The notes under the pieces are model-generated. The model was not told the origin of the DNA. It did not search any database and saw only the letters and a program-made list of their open reading frames with translations. DNA of 64,000 nt from Brachionichthys hirsutus (Eukaryota), in NCBI RefSeq assembly GCF_040956055.1, contig NC_090911.1, positions 1,588,830 to 1,652,829 of the forward strand, in the 5' to 3' direction. The stretch's first letter is position 1; each line of letters begins with the position of its first letter. The translations under genes were made by a program, and so were the position numbers. Positions 10,489 to 23,376 of the stretch are shown one piece after another.

Positions 10489-10891
10489 ATGGTCGAACCC
10501 GGCGAGGAGCCGAACCGGGCCGTGCGGCCTCTCCTCCAGCAGGCTGACAGCCAGCACTCCCACCGGATCACCAACTTTTACATCGATAATATTTTGCGAC
10601 CGGACTTCGGCCTTATGAGAGACGCTGAAAGTTTAGTCCGGGAAGGAGGCCGCCTCAAAGTGACCTTCCAAAGAGCGGAGCGATCAAGGAGAAAGTCCTC
10701 CTCCACTGTCCACCTGCAGCGGGACGGATCCGGCGGCGATGAGGACGTGATGGACGGTGAAGCGGCGAACGAGAGCCGGGGGGGTGGCGGAGACTGCCGG
10801 GGCCCCCAAACCAGCGCGGCCCCTGCAGCCAAGTCGATGCTGTGGCCAGCCTGGGTTTATTGCACCCGCTACTCGGACCGTCCGTCCTCCG
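10489..10891 (+). CDS. en2: en2 exon 1
   Basis: ATG at 10489 (atcATGg). Translation: [41 protein letters not shown]...[19 protein letters not shown](G); donor gtgggt at 10892. Confidence 0.85.
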
Positions 10892-12868
10892 GTGGGTGGA
10901 CAGTTCTGCAGCCATGCACTTATCATTATTAGATTTGATTGATTGATTGATTGATTGAATCATTTCTAACCATTTTAGTTCAAGCATGGACATTATTCTC
11001 TCAGAGCACGCAGACTTCTTTCCATCCTAATCGATATATCAACGGTAACAGTTTGCAAAGCAGTTTGTGAACTGCCATAAAATGTTATTACAATTTAACA
11101 TCTTTATTATTTGATGCGTTCGATAACCAAAACGATTAGACTGAGTTCAATGGAATGGATGAAATCTTATTATACTAATGTTCGCGTTGTTTTTTTTGGC
11201 TTTGAAACTCCATTAGATGAAGAAAAATAAACGTTAAAAAAAACTCTGGAAAATATAAATGAGGGGGGAAAAAATTAAATCGAGAAGTGAGGCAAACTCA
11301 AGTTTATCTCCATTCTCCCCAGTATTCTTTGTTGATATCTCATTAACATATTTTTTAACAATGGAGGTGTAAAAAGTGGGTCCCAAAAACCGAGAAATTC
11401 GATGCGGAATATTGATCGGTGTTGGCCTTTATCAAAGCTGGAAATAAAGTAGAGGAATTTCAGCAGCTACGGAATTATTGAAACATTTTTTCATTCTTTC
11501 ACCAAAGTGCTGTTTTATTATAGCACCCAGGATTATCCCGTTTTCTAATCACAGGATGAAAGCTTGTCTTTGAGCTGCGGTTATTTTGATAGGCATAATA
11601 CGGACTTTTCCTTCGTTGGGATTTAGAAATGAAATGAGCATTAAACTATGTTTGAAAATGACCTGAAGCGAAGCAGAGGAAAATATTCTCCTATAGAGAC
11701 AATCAAAAGCTAAAACGAACCGCCAGAAATGATGACGTGTTTTACGGGGAAACAAAAGTTTCCATGAAGGTCAAGTCGACGAGCAGAAAGAGGCTGCAAA
11801 ATAACAATCAGGAGAAATAGCACTTAAATGTATTCAGTATTTATTATCATCCCATCCGAGCATTTCATTGTTGTGAGCCCTTCACCATAGTAGAGTAATG
11901 GCGCACCTAATCCTGGATGGCCCGGGATGATCATTTTAGAAGAAAAATGTTTCGTCCGTTTCATAATAATATAATAGAAACAAAACAGTTTTTCATATAA
12001 AGAGTTTCTAAGGAAATTGAGAGGGAACGAGGCGAGGACGCTCCCATCCTCCATCCGATTTAACCCCACCCCCACCCCCACCCATTCTTAAACTGCGCCC
12101 GTGGATCTGAGCACGTCAGTCACCGTGAAGCTGGTGTGTTCCTGCATGCTGCACAAAATCCTCCATTTAATTCCAAGTTATTGGAACCAAAAGTGTGACG
12201 TTATCCATCCTGATTGGGTTCGGCTTAAAATGAACCCAAAAAATCATCACATTTATACGAAAACATTATCATTTCGGTTATTACGCATCATCTGGACGGA
12301 TTTATTTTAATTACATAAGTTATATTTGGCCTTATGGATTAACTTTAAAGAACTGAAAGGACCATGAAACGGTCCAGTAGTGTTTTGTGTATTTGTAAGA
12401 CAGGTATTAATTGTTTTTCTGTTTTTAATAGACATATCCTGATGTTTTGTTTTTTTAAGATTCACACACAAATATATAGAAACGGTTCTTGGAAGTGAAA
12501 GCACTTCTTTATATTTAAAATGACTGCTCTTAACTTTGTCTCCCATCCAAGGGCCCAGATCTCGCAAACCGAAGAAGCCGCCGGCCCCGAGTCCAGAGGA
12601 CAAGCGGCCCCGGACGGCCTTCACGGCGGAGCAGCTGCAGCGGCTGAAGGCGGAGTTTCACGGGAACCGGTATCTGACGGAGCAGCGCAGGCAGGCTCTG
12701 TCTCAGGAACTGGGCCTCAACGAGTCTCAGATCAAAATATGGTTTCAGAACAAACGAGCCAAAATCAAGAAATCTGCGCTGAATACAAATTCTCTGGCGT
12801 CGCAGCTCATGGCGCAGGGACTGTACAAGCACGCCGCGGCCAAGGAGGGCAAATCGGACAGCGACTAG
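10489..12868 (+). CDS. en2: engrailed-2 homeobox gene (2 coding exons)
   Basis: Exon 1 carries EH1 ([14 protein letters not shown]) and EH2 ([18 protein letters not shown]). Exon 2 carries the homeodomain ([59 protein letters not shown]) and an En2-type C-terminus ([20 protein letters not shown]). cnpy1 lies convergently downstream, as at the human EN2 locus. Confidence 0.9.
12552..12868 (+). CDS. en2: en2 exon 2 (homeobox)
   Basis: Acceptor ccatccaag|gg; (G)[35 protein letters not shown]...[43 protein letters not shown]; stop at 12866-12868. Confidence 0.9.
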
Positions 12869-13054
12869 GCGAGGCAAGGGGGCGGGGGGGGGGCAGGGGG
12901 TGCAGGCGGGCCTGAGCCATGCATGTAAAACTACAACACTTCTGTAGCCGAGCGGGATTTGTAGTGAAACCCAACTAGAGATGTGCGCGCAGTCCCGAAC
13001 GCGTTTCCTCTGACGCTGCGTTCCATCCCGGGATGGAAGAGTTCTCCCTGCAGG

Positions 13055-13075
13055 TTAGGGTTAGGGTTAGGCTCG
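13055..13075 (+). repeat. Short interstitial telomere-like repeat (GGTTAG)3 in the en2 3' region
   Basis: caggttagggttagggttaggct. Confidence 0.7.
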
Positions 13076-15400
13076 CAGCCTCAGTCCGGCCTCGGACACG
13101 CAGACACACAGTGACAGTGTGGCGCACTGACCGGAGGCCCAACTGGACCCCGGATCTGATGAAATCTGCTGGAATCCAAAGACGTCCTGATGCGTTCTGC
13201 TCATTTCCGGGCTTTACGCCCTGATTTTCTCCATTTGTCCTCTTCCTCTTTTTCTTCTTCTTGGGTTCTGCTGGTTCTCTCCGGAGAATGGGTTCTCCGG
13301 TTGGTTAATCCACTGAAGGGTTCTGAGATTGCAACGAACTCAAATGGAATCTTATATTTATTGATTCGTCAGTCTGGAGTTGAATTGATTTTCAGTCTGG
13401 AGCTGATTGGCGGCCGTTTGTTTGCAAAGTCCGCGCATTGGGCTCCGACGGCCGAACCATGGACCTGTAGTTGGAGTTCGAGTCTCATGTAGCACGACTT
13501 TCACGAATGTTAGAGAAAAGAGGCGATTTAAGGCCTCCCTTATTTATAAAAGGAGAACCGGCTCAGGCGCACATTATTCAGATTTCAGCAATGAGGCTCA
13601 AACTCAATTGTTTTCTCCTGATTTTGTGAATCGATATTTATTTTTACTACCGTCTCTCAGTGATTCAGTTTGTCTTGCGTTCTTGGAAAAACAACGACAA
13701 CAACAAAAGCAAGATTTTTCTTACATGTTTTTTAAAAGGCTAAAATGTTGACAGGGTTATAAAGTGGGATGCGATGGAAATAATTCAAATGATGTGATTG
13801 TGAAAGTAAATAAAAGACAAAAAAATATGTTGAAGAATAATGAATTACAGCATCTACGTCACAATATTCAGATTATTTCTTTAAGATTGTTGAAGCTCTG
13901 CGTAAAACCAGACAAAACAGGAAGGACGCAGTGGTCTTCACAGGTGACGTCACCACCGCCACACCAATGACGTTTTCTTTTCATTCTTATACTGCACTTG
14001 TCGAGAATTTCATGTGTTTCTGTGTATTTCTGTTAGTATTCATCTCAGGTTTGGCTAAATGTAGCAGTATATGTAAATAAAACAAGTTTACATTTCAAAG
14101 AAGTTGCTTTGGCTGCTTTCTTCTCGTTTCTTGCGTCCTTCGTGTCGAGATAAAGCCATAAACTCCGGCGGTTAAGTGAAATGATGATCAGCTCATTGTG
14201 GTAAACGTCCGTATTTGTATTTATTTTTGTGTAAATGTCAGTAAACGTTTCTTTGTGTATATTACAGTAATAAAAGCATTTTATACTGATTTTAGAGGAG
14301 CCTGAAAGAGAGCTGTGGTACCAGAGTCAGCCTCGAACACAGGAAATCCTTCAGTACCAACGCTCTGGACTGAAATTATGAAAGTCCACTGATCCTATAC
14401 CTGACAGGCTCTGAGACAAATCACAGGTTATATTTATGCTTTAAAAACTCTAATCATCAGCCGAATCTGTGTCAGTTTAAACAGATTAGACGTATTCAGA
14501 ACCTAAAAAGACGCCCGTTTGCTTCCGGTTCAGCCATCAGAGATGGACACGACAGGATGAACGAAGAACTATCAGCATTTTCATCAAGCAAATGACTCTG
14601 GAGGTCATTTTTTCATTTGTTATTGAATGTTCATTCATTCATTTTCTTTAGCTGCAGCTGACCTGAGCTTTGTCCACGGCAGCCACCTCATTTGCATTTC
14701 CTTTATTAGCTGCATGTGTGGTGGAAATGCCCAACAGTCACTGACTGGACGAGCTGAGCTCTTCTTCACTTGGTGAAAACAATGTGCACAAACCCCTTGG
14801 TGGCAATACAGCCTGCTGCTGCTACATGCTAAAGTGCTAAAGCTACCAGGACACAAGACAGCAAGGTTCGCTCTCTGCCGAATGCAAGCTTGGATGGCAG
14901 TAATCTGGGTCACCGACTGTCCACATCAGTCCCTTGCAAACCTCCATGCGGACGTTCTCTTTACAAGTGGACCGACCGATTCTCCCGTCCAGGACCTTGA
15001 ACTGCTTTGACGAGCAGATGTTGGGACATCAGGGCCGCTTGTCTGTTAAAAGACATTGGTATCATTCTGTGGTTGGCATGGCAGCACACGGTGGCCCTGC
15101 AGATGCAGCCAGGATCCTTGTAAACTAGATCCAATCCCAGGACGCTGAACCCTCTTGGTGTTCCAGCAGCACAGAGTTCGGTTTACAGTGAGGCCCAGCT
15201 CATCAGGGATGCATCTGATCACTCTTATTGAAGACCAGTGACTGGTTACTATAGTAACACTTGGACACATTGATTAGGCATCTTAAGCAACAAGGTGCCT
15301 AATCGGGAGACTGACATTCAGACTTGCAGTTGTTTCCGTGGGTAAACTCTCAACCTGAAAGAGAATTTCTGCAATGAGCACATATAGATGTGGGCGAGTG

Positions 15401-15573
15401 GACCTATCTGGACCTATCTGGACCTATCTGGACCTAACTGGACCTAACTGGACCTAACTGGACCTATCTGGACCTATCTGGACCTAACTGGACCTATCTG
15501 GACCTATCTGGACCTAACTGGACCTATCTGGACCCATCTGGACCTGGACCTAACTGGACCTATCTGGACCTAT
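15401..15573. repeat. 10-bp minisatellite (GGACCTATCT/GGACCTAACT)n, ~17 copies
   Basis: Direct inspection: ctggacctatctggacctatctggacctaactggacctaact... Confidence 0.9.
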
Positions 15574-15604
15574 GATAACTCAAAACGTTACAGACGGATC
15601 TTGA

Positions 15605-16085
15605 TTATATTTCAGGAAATGTTGTTAAATGTTACCAGGAATACAAGGCTAAATGTTGGTGATGATCCAGAAGAGATTCTGGATTCTGGACCAATTTGAA
15701 TATTTTGTTAACATTGGAGTCAATGGAGCTTAAAGATCTAATCCTCGATATCTTAGTTGATTATTGGCTGATGTGTATGGAATTTGACACAGTCATGCAG
15801 GGTGGGGATCTCTATCTTATCACCGAATTTCATCTGGATCGGATCCAGAATGACATTAGGAACAATATTACCCATTTATGGATTCAAAAATCAGTTAAAA
15901 ATACATATCAACTCTGATTCACTTTAACTTTTCATGGTTGGTGTACAAATATACAATAACAATCTAGAACCTTTTGGTGATGATCCAGATCACCATGTGG
16001 ACGGTGTAGATCCAGTTAGGAGGGGAATGAGCTGCTTGGCGGAGGTCTGCGCTCTCTGAGTGCTTTTCTAGTTTCTTCATTATTT
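15605..16085 (+). repeat. Interspersed repeat family A (GATCCAGAAGAGATCCTGGATTCTGGATC ... GGAATTTGACAC.GTCATG.AGGG.GG) copy
   Basis: Related copies or fragments lie at 5095-5300 (reverse complement), 23170-23265 (reverse complement), 31795-31975 and 44715-44900. All share AATGTTACCAGGAA...GATGATCCAGAAGAGAT.CTGGATTCTGGA and/or CCATGTGGA..GTGTAGATCCAGTTA.GAGG.GAATGAGCTGCTTGGCGGAGGTCTGC.CTCTC.GAGTGCTTTTCTAG. Confidence 0.6.
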
Positions 16086-16182
16086 TGATGTTTATTCCAA
16101 CATCATGTCTTTTTTAGCTTTATCCTATATAAAATGTATCAAAATATGTTCTTTGTGAATTTATGCTTCGTAAAATGCGCTT

Positions 16183-16498
16183 AGTCCAACCCAGTCAGTT
16201 AACCATTTGAGTTTATTAACTCAACTACATTAATTTAACTTATCTGAAAATATTTGTTTGGAGTCGAAGGAAGTCAAGTTCTTATTGATAAGGTAACTTG
16301 AGTAACTTAATAAAACTCAATTAGATTTAATTAACCAATCTAATATTTGCAATTCTATCATGATATTCACCATGGTGATTTATATTCCAGGTTTTTTCCC
16401 ACTTAAGTTATCTAGACTCAAAAAAATAATTTGAAATGTGCAAATTAATTGAGTTAATAAAATAAAATAATATAAATCTACTGTTTATGTTGGACTAA
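16183..16498. mobile_element. MITE-like element with 10-bp perfect TIR (TTAGTCCAAC ... GTTGGACTAA)
   Basis: The TIR is seen directly. The interior is AT-rich with internal inverted repeats (AGTTAACCATTTGAGTTTATTAACTCAA / TTAATTGAGTTAATAAA). Confidence 0.45.
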
Positions 16499-17692
16499 CT
16501 CAGCAAGTTTTACAGTGTATGACATTTGCTTCCGTGATCTGTTTACAAGCTTAATGACAGCTTTCAATTCCATCGCATATTCTTCATCAGCTCCTGAGAG
16601 AAGATGAGTTCATTTCACGTACAGATCAAAGCTCAAAGCTCTGGGGCATCACACGAACATTGTTGAAATGCAGAAATATCATTCCATAGCGTTTCAAATC
16701 GAGCCTGCCATCCTATTAAGACTCGGCCTAAACCTTAACCATCGTTAAGCAAAAAGACCAATAGAGTATACGGCAACATATACCTCCGTCTAGGACAGCT
16801 CATCCAGGCCTCCTCTGTCCAGTCTATAGTTTAGCCATAGCTATGTTATATATTTCAATAAAAGGGACGGGGGTGTTGTGGAAGAAATATAATTACAGCT
16901 GCTAAAAGAAGGTGAAGATGAAGAATGGGGGATGACATCAGGCCAATTTCACACTCAGGCCTTGGATGGCCAGGCCAAGCCTGGCTCTCGCCATGCTAGA
17001 CTGATCAAAGCCCATTGCAGCTGCCCCAAAGGACCAGAGAAGGAGGGACACTTAACTATGTTAAGCTCCATGGCAAATATATTATAATCTTGTTATAATA
17101 CAAGTTAATGTTGCAGCTCAGCGACCAAACTTCTAGTAAGAGAGTAGAAAGACACAAGAATACATTAGAGGGGTTTCTATTCGACAAGGCAAAGTTGAGT
17201 CTCAGAAAATCACCAGATGACTAATTATCAAGTCAGAGCAGCTGGGTCAGAATTAGGGTTAAGTATCATACTCGGCTCTTTTGAGGGTACAAACTAAATC
17301 CTAAGGAGGAGAGGCGCACATAAATCAGTCGGTTTCAAACGGAGTGAGAGAATCTCACACCTTTAGGGTAGAGAACTTTCATTAATGCAATGGATCCAGC
17401 GCTGAAGTCGAACCCAAGAAAGCATCTGGTTAAAAATTGAATATATTCAAACACTAGACACTGGTCTCAGCCTGGAAGACACACTCTCAGTCAGAAAACC
17501 ATTTGGACTCATAGCCAATGTGAATTTACGACTTCATGACCCACGAGTCACAGTGCTGTTTATACGAGAAGGAATCTCTTAGTAGTGGAAATGTAGAAAT
17601 CTGTAAGACAATTGCAATCGGTCAAATTGTACCATTGATCACTAAATATTCAACCTATTTAAACACATGAGAAATTATTTTCTGAAATTCCA

Positions 17693-17960
17693 AGTTTATA
17701 TGCACGGTGGCGGAGTGGTAAGCGCTGTTGCCTCACAGCAAGAAGGTCACAGGTTCGAATCCGACTTTGCTTTGAGAGGCCGCTGCCCAACATGCAGGTT
17801 CAACAGCGTTCAGTCGTGCAACCCTCAATGCTGGATTACAGGAATTCAGTGCATGGAAATATGTTTCCTGGAGCCTCCCAGGCTTCCGTCACACATTAGA
17901 GAAGCGTCTTCCCATGATGCATTGCCAGATAAAAATAAAAACGTGTCACCAAAACTGTAA
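17693..17960 (+). mobile_element. tRNA-derived SINE
   Basis: GGTGGCGGAGTGGTAAGCGCTGTTGCCTCACAGCAAGAAGGTCACAGGTTCGAATCC is a tRNA-like head typical of teleost SINEs. It lies just 3' of cnpy1. Confidence 0.7.
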
Positions 17961-18120
17961 AGCAGCCTCTAATTCTGGTGTCCCTGTACGTTGGTGCAAC
18001 CGTAGAAAAAAAAGACAGGACGTAACATTTAACCAATAAAAATACTGACTTTATTGTGACAGAAATGACTAAAGGTTATTTTATTAAAGGCCGCTGTGTG
18101 ATCACTGAGAACAGGAAACC

Positions 18121-18161
18121 CTATAACTCCTCAGGAGAGGGGCGTCCATCTTTACAGTAGT
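18121..18161 (-). CDS. cnpy1: cnpy1 last coding exon (C-terminal PEEL)
   Basis: ggttccag acceptor; (G)DYCKDGRPSPEEL* with stop at 18121-18123; AATAAA about 65 bp downstream on the minus strand (~18052). Confidence 0.7.
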
Positions 18162-19036
18162 CTGGAACCAGAACCAGAAAGACAAAATAAAAGCACATCT
18201 GTTGAGGTTAAACATTCAGATTATAAAATCTAAAATCATGTGTGACACACCAGCAGCAGAAGGTGAACGTGATACCTGAGATTCTGCTGCATAACTCCAG
18301 GTGAGCATGTTCTGCTTCCTGGTTGAACAGAGCGATGATGTCGTCCTCCAACTCCTCCACCACAGTCTCACACTAGAATGCACGAGTACGGTGAATCAAT
18401 CTCTGTGTGTGTGTGTGTGTGTTCACATATTACATTCATGACATGCCTCATTTTCCTCAATCATCATCAACCCCTCCCAGCTTGGCTTTTAAAGGTGCGA
18501 CAATCTCCCTCCCGTCCCGTCGCCGTCTCGGCCCCACCACAACCACAAGCCAGCATTCACCGGATGTACTTCTGACACCGTACTCACTGCAAATGTCAGA
18601 GCATTGGACGCTTCGGGGCCGTCGAACTGGAAGTTTACCAAGTCCGGGAAGTCCCCAGTCGTCCTGGGAGCAAACCTCATGTAGCGCTTAATCTGGGTCT
18701 CTGGATCCACATGGAGGGCGTAGTCGCTCATGCTGCTGCACACCCCATCCAGGAGCTCGCTCAGGTGAGCCTCTGAGCGAGCAAAAGGCACCTGACCACA
18801 GAAAACATGAAGACATGAAGAGGGCTGTTTGCACTGCAAAAAAAAAAAAAGGGCGGCCAAAACAGAAGGAATGCACTCGGAGGTGGATCAAAGGAGAAGA
18901 AGAGTTCGTTATTAATAAACAACAACAAAGATTTCCATCTGCAGGTCCCACCTACCTCAGATACATGCTTCTGAAATCTGATTTAAAACATGTAGACACA
19001 CACAGACACACATCTACACACACACACCTACAGAGA

Positions 19037-19076
<40 letters not shown>

Positions 19077-19736
19077 GTCTTGTTGTCTTTCTAAATGTTG
19101 CCTCGCCTCTTAGGGTCTGCTTCTCCTCCCATGTTGACCAAAGCTCTGCGAGGGTCACCAGACTGACCTCTGGCTTCCGTCCTCTTCGTCCTCACTAACA
19201 AAACTCGCCATCCAACTCTGACTTTTAACCTGCGCGCCTACCCTTCAACCTCTCCATCCCAACCCCACCATCCTCTTCCCCCCGCTCCAGGACACACACA
19301 CAAAAAAAGAGCAAGGCAACGATGTCTAGACGGGTCACAACAGGTGCAGCGCCTTCCTCTCAGCGTCTCCGGAAGAAGAGCCGGTGACAGACGTGACACG
19401 CAGGAGGTGAGGGGGCAAAGTTGGTTTCCTGAGGGGCTGGGGCTACTGCAGGAGACTGAAGCCGCAGGAGGCCTGAAGCGGAAGCCAAGTGCATAGAAAA
19501 CTGCTCATCTTCTCAACCCCCACGCTGCTTCTGCAGCTTCTTCATCCTCCCATGCTCCACGAGTCAAAAGAGGAAATGACCTCCATCATCCTTGGTCAAA
19601 AGGGAACGGGGGGTGCGAATCAGAGGCTCAGCGGAGAAGGATGAGTGGCATCATTTAATAATTCCTGACCTTTATCTGTCTCTGAATCTGCCGAGTTTAC
19701 TTCTAGGAAAAGCCAACTGATTGCATTAACCCCCCT

Positions 19737-19781
<45 letters not shown>

Positions 19782-21575
19782 CCTTTGCTTTGACTTTTCA
19801 CAAAGGGCCTCTTTACCATCTGGTTTCCACCAAATCCTTTGCTGTATTGTTGCCTCTGACTCTCTCAAAACAGCAACTTCATAGCAGAAATAAATGCCAA
19901 CCAATCACGGAGCCTCCCAATTCTGACACTTGGATGCTTTTAGCGGAAAATCACTCAAATTTGACGACATTTGTCAACTAAATGTGCTGCTTCGTCCAAT
20001 CAGGAACGTAGAGTTTTATCCATCACTCAAAAACAGTTGCTGATATCGCTGCAGAGGAGACTCGCTCAAGTGAATTAGTGATTGTTTGTTGTCTAATGTT
20101 ACAATTGTGTTGAAAGATTATTGGGAAAAACTGCAGAAAAATCTTACAAAATGCAATAATATTGGTCAAAAAGCACAATCTGACATTATTATAATAGTAA
20201 TAATGACATTATTAACAGTTCATTAACCCAAGTGTTTATTTGTAGAATTACAATCTTCACTGATTACTGCTCAGAGAATTGAGGGTTCATAATAAGTAAA
20301 TTAAAAGAAAATGAAATTCTTAATTAACTAGTCTGGTGTAGTAGTTTCATATTTGAAACATCCTCATGGAACTATGAGCTATAAAAATGGCCAAAATGAT
20401 CGTTTAGATTGTGAATATTGAGTGTGTCTCCAGTATCTTATAATCATGACTACCGTAATATATAAAGTAAAAAATATTCTGAAGAAAAATCTGTTAGGAA
20501 ATTGTAGAAATAGAGAATAAATATTAAAGGAAAGCCACTGAAATGGAAATGGACCCTTTTTGGATTTGTAAATGATGAAATATTTACCAAAAAGTATTGA
20601 TGATTGCTAAAAGATCATTTTAAGCACGTAGAGCATTTTCCCATCTATCCTATATCTCAAGTGGTTTTCAACGCATTGGATAAAATCTGGTTTAAAATTT
20701 GAACTCAAAGTTCATGTCATCGAGAAGCCATTTAAAGCAAAAACAAAACTGCACCCCCCCACGTCAGTTCATCTCAGTCCACGGGCTCGGTTTGGAGTCA
20801 TTATCATGTCGTGCTACAAAATGCTTTGGAATTAAACCCCTTCCTTGCCAGTCAAAGCCTCGTGAAAGGGAGCTGTCAGTCACAGCGCCGTTTGAAGAAT
20901 GGGATGGGGGAGGTGGAGGTGGAGGTGGCGTGTGTGTGTGTGTGTGTGTGTGTGAAACCATGGGATAGAGAATAGGCTTCTCAGGGATGCTATCCTCCAT
21001 TCAGCTCCCATTGGACAGGGAGCCATTATGGAGCGTCAGACAGCAGCCTTTCATTGTCCTGCTCATATGGGCCAGTGAGGAGCAATAAATTAATAACAAA
21101 TAATTAGAATAGTCATCAAAGATCAATGCGGAACGAAAAGCCGGCGTGTTGATTGTTCGGTGAAAAATCAACGTGTCGATGACAACAATAAAAATAAGGC
21201 AACAATTTAATTAAACAGAATTAACCATGTGAATTCCATGTGGTGGCTGATCAGCGGGAAATGGTCATGAAACGCAGGAGGAAGCGGGGGGGGGGCATGG
21301 GCAACCTCGCAGGAGGAAGCCGAGCCACACTGGGGGGGGGGGGCATGGGCAAGCTCGCAGGAGGAAGCCGAGCCACACTGGGGGGGGGGCATGGGCAACC
21401 TCGCAGGAGGAAGCCGAGCCACACGGGGGGGGGGCATGGGCAACCTCGCAGGAGGAAGCCGAGCCACACGGGGGGGGGGGGGGGGCAACCTCGCAGGAGG
21501 ACTTGAAACTGCGAGCATGGCTCTGTGAAAAGTAAAGTAAGTTAATGTCAGTGGGACATCAGCGAGGCAGCACGG

Positions 21576-21609
<34 letters not shown>

Positions 21610-23127
21610 GTCCTCTGCATGACCACCCAAGTTCAAACATACACCAAAACACTCCGATGGTTTGCAGGATGTGTCGCCACCTAGCGGTGACGGTGCACAT
21701 TACAGAAGAGACTCATCCTCCGGTGCCATCGTTAGAGGCCCGGTTGCCGTGGGAGACGGAAGCCTGGATCTTTAACGTGCGACTTTGAAATGGACCGCGG
21801 GAGTCCTCGCCCAGACAGCTTTATTTAAATTGCATTACGTGTTGTTACCGTGACAACAGTGGTTGTGTAGCAGCCTGATCATGTTAAGGCATCCACTGCC
21901 ATTAACTTGGTATTTGGAACTGACTGCAGCCGAGTGACTTCCAACGCCGAGCCAGAAGTCGGCCCTGGTTCCAGGGCTGAACTCAATGCGCTCATTTCAG
22001 TCGGATAAATGTAAAGAATTCCTGGGAGAGGTCGGCTCACCTTTCTGGGATATATTACGTGTCCCCAGCCTTCCGTTCTGAATGCACGACTTCCCATCGG
22101 TCACCAGGAGATCATCTCATCGCTCCAACTAAGTTCAATGTCCGTGGAAGCCTTAAATGCGTCATTGTTGCAGCAGGCAGCTCGAACCTTTGTGCTACCG
22201 AGCCGCCCCATGGCTCCAGGAAGTCTTACTGTGAGGAGGCCAAAGAGCAGACTTAAAACCTGCAAATCCTCCGCACTGATGGCATCTAAGCTGTGACACC
22301 CCTCCCTCTCTGATCACACCGGGTCAAGCCCCACTGAATGGGAGGGAGCCGGGAGGGCATGGGGTTAGTCAAGGTTTGGTTCTGCTCTGGCTCAGCAACA
22401 TGTGATTGATCCAACAATGCAACAGGTGGAGGTTGGTGACAGCTAAAGAGGAGGAGGAGCTCACCTTGGAGGAGGAAGCACACTGCTAACTGGGATTACA
22501 TACACCGACACCCCCCCCCCCCCCCCCCCCCCCGAAAAAACTGAACCGAGTCGTAAAATGCATTCGTAGTGAATTAATGAGTCAGTATCGGCAGCCATCA
22601 GAAAGCTCGGTCCCTCATCCACAAGCGAGGTTGCTGGGGCAACGCTCTGCACCTCCTGCCAGCCCGTCCATCCCCAGACGGTCCTTCACACATTTCTGAA
22701 ACAGCAGACATTTAGCCCACAGCACAATGTTTGTGCCAAAAAACGGCACCAGATTTCAAAATTATATCTAAAAGAAATGATCAAAATCACAATTTTAGTA
22801 CGTAAAACTGTTGCTCAATGATCCATTTCTCACATAAGCAGTGATCAGGCTTTATCCATGTTATCCCCCCCGTTCCCCTTATCAAGTGGGACAGACTTTC
22901 AGCTCCCTGAACCATCAGCCAATCAGAGAGCGTCTCTACCTTTTTGTCCTTGATGCTTCCGTCAGGATTGAGTCGGAAACCTCCAACGTTGATGGTTCTC
23001 TTTTGATCCACCTGACTGATTGAGTAGTTCAGCTCGTCCACGACCGCTTTGCACGCTGGGAAAGACAGGCAAAACCTCAGCAATGGTGAAAAGAGGAGAA
23101 CAGGTGAAGGTAGCCGACGATGTCGCC

Positions 23128-23158
<31 letters not shown>

Positions 23159-23376
23159 ACACACGCACACAGATGACCATGTGGATCCAGATAGGAGGAG
23201 ATCGAGCGGCTTGGGGGAGGTCTGTGCTCTCCGAGTGCTTTTCTAGTTTGTCTTTTGTGGTTTATTTTCGTCGACTCACCGGAACAGTACAACATCTCAT
23301 CCCTTCTCCCCTGGCAGCTTCTGACGAACACGGAAAGCATCACAGTCACACGAACGATCCACGAAGCCACGCCCAT
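18121..23376 (-). CDS. cnpy1: cnpy1 (canopy FGF-signalling regulator 1; saposin-like, 6 Cys) gene, 5 coding exons
   Basis: Minus-strand spliced product (~185 aa): MGVASWIVRVTVMLSVFVRSCQGRRDEMLYCS-A-CKAVVDELNYSISQVDQKRTINVGGFRLNPDGSIKDKK-VPFARSEAHLSELLDGVCSSMSDYALHVDPETQIKRYMRFAPRTTGDFPDLVNFQFDGPEASNALTFA-CETVVEELEDDIIALFNQEAEHAHLELCSRIS-G-DYCKDGRPSPEEL*. Compare CNPY2 motifs CGACRALVDELEWEIAQVDPKKTIQMGSFRINPDGS, VPYARSEAHLTELLEEIC and CESIVEEYEDELIEFF. Confidence 0.85.
18276..18372 (-). CDS. cnpy1: cnpy1 exon 4
   Basis: ttctag acceptor; CETVVEELEDDIIALFNQEAEHAHLELCSRIS(G); donor gtatca. Confidence 0.85.
18588..18791 (-). CDS. cnpy1: cnpy1 exon 3
   Basis: ggtcag acceptor; VPFARSEAHLSELLDGVCSSMSDYALHVDPETQIKRYMRFAPRTTGDFPDLVNFQFDGPEASNALTFA; donor gtgagt. 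Confidence 0.85.
19039..19075. repeat. (CA)n microsatellite
   Basis: Direct inspection. Further (CA/GT)n runs lie at 18405-18422, 19737-19786, 20930-20954, 35285-35324, 36221-36250, 45036-45066, 53021-53090 and 56769-56800. Confidence 0.9.
19737..19786. repeat. (CA)n microsatellite (~24 units)
   Basis: Direct inspection. Confidence 0.9.
21285..21500. repeat. GC-rich ~42-bp minisatellite (GGGGGGGGCATGGGCAACCTCGCAGGAGGAAGCCGAGCCACAC)x5, in cnpy1 intron 2
   Basis: Five tandem copies with variable G-run length. It generates Pro/Gly-rich ORFs on both strands (21207..21626, 21240..21506, 21251..21469). Confidence 0.85.
21576..21612. repeat. (CAT)12 trinucleotide microsatellite
   Basis: catcatcatcatcatcatcatcatcatcatcatcg. 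Confidence 0.9.
22940..23055 (-). CDS. cnpy1: cnpy1 exon 2
   Basis: tttcccag acceptor; (A)CKAVVDELNYSISQVDQKRTINVGGFRLNPDGSIKDKK; donor gtagag. Confidence 0.85.
23280..23376 (-). CDS. cnpy1: cnpy1 exon 1 (signal peptide)
   Basis: ATG at 23374-23376 (minus) in Kozak context caggtgATGg; hydrophobic MGVASWIVRVTVMLSVFV; donor gtgagt. An upstream in-frame Met (MKTLNW..., ~23445) is an alternative start. Confidence 0.65.

Noticed and set aside
12520-12915. 131-aa (+) and 115-aa (-) ORFs overlapping the en2 homeobox exon
   Set aside because: They are other frames of a GC-rich coding exon. Only the frame 12552..12868 encodes the homeodomain.
15401-15573. Possible CRISPR-like regular repeats
   Set aside because: This is eukaryotic DNA. 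The array is a plain 10-bp direct tandem repeat without spacers. No CRISPR is present.
21207-21626. Pro/Gly-rich ORFs on both strands (139 aa, 88 aa, 72 aa)
   Set aside because: They are generated by the GC-rich 42-bp minisatellite plus the (CAT)n run. They are intronic in cnpy1.
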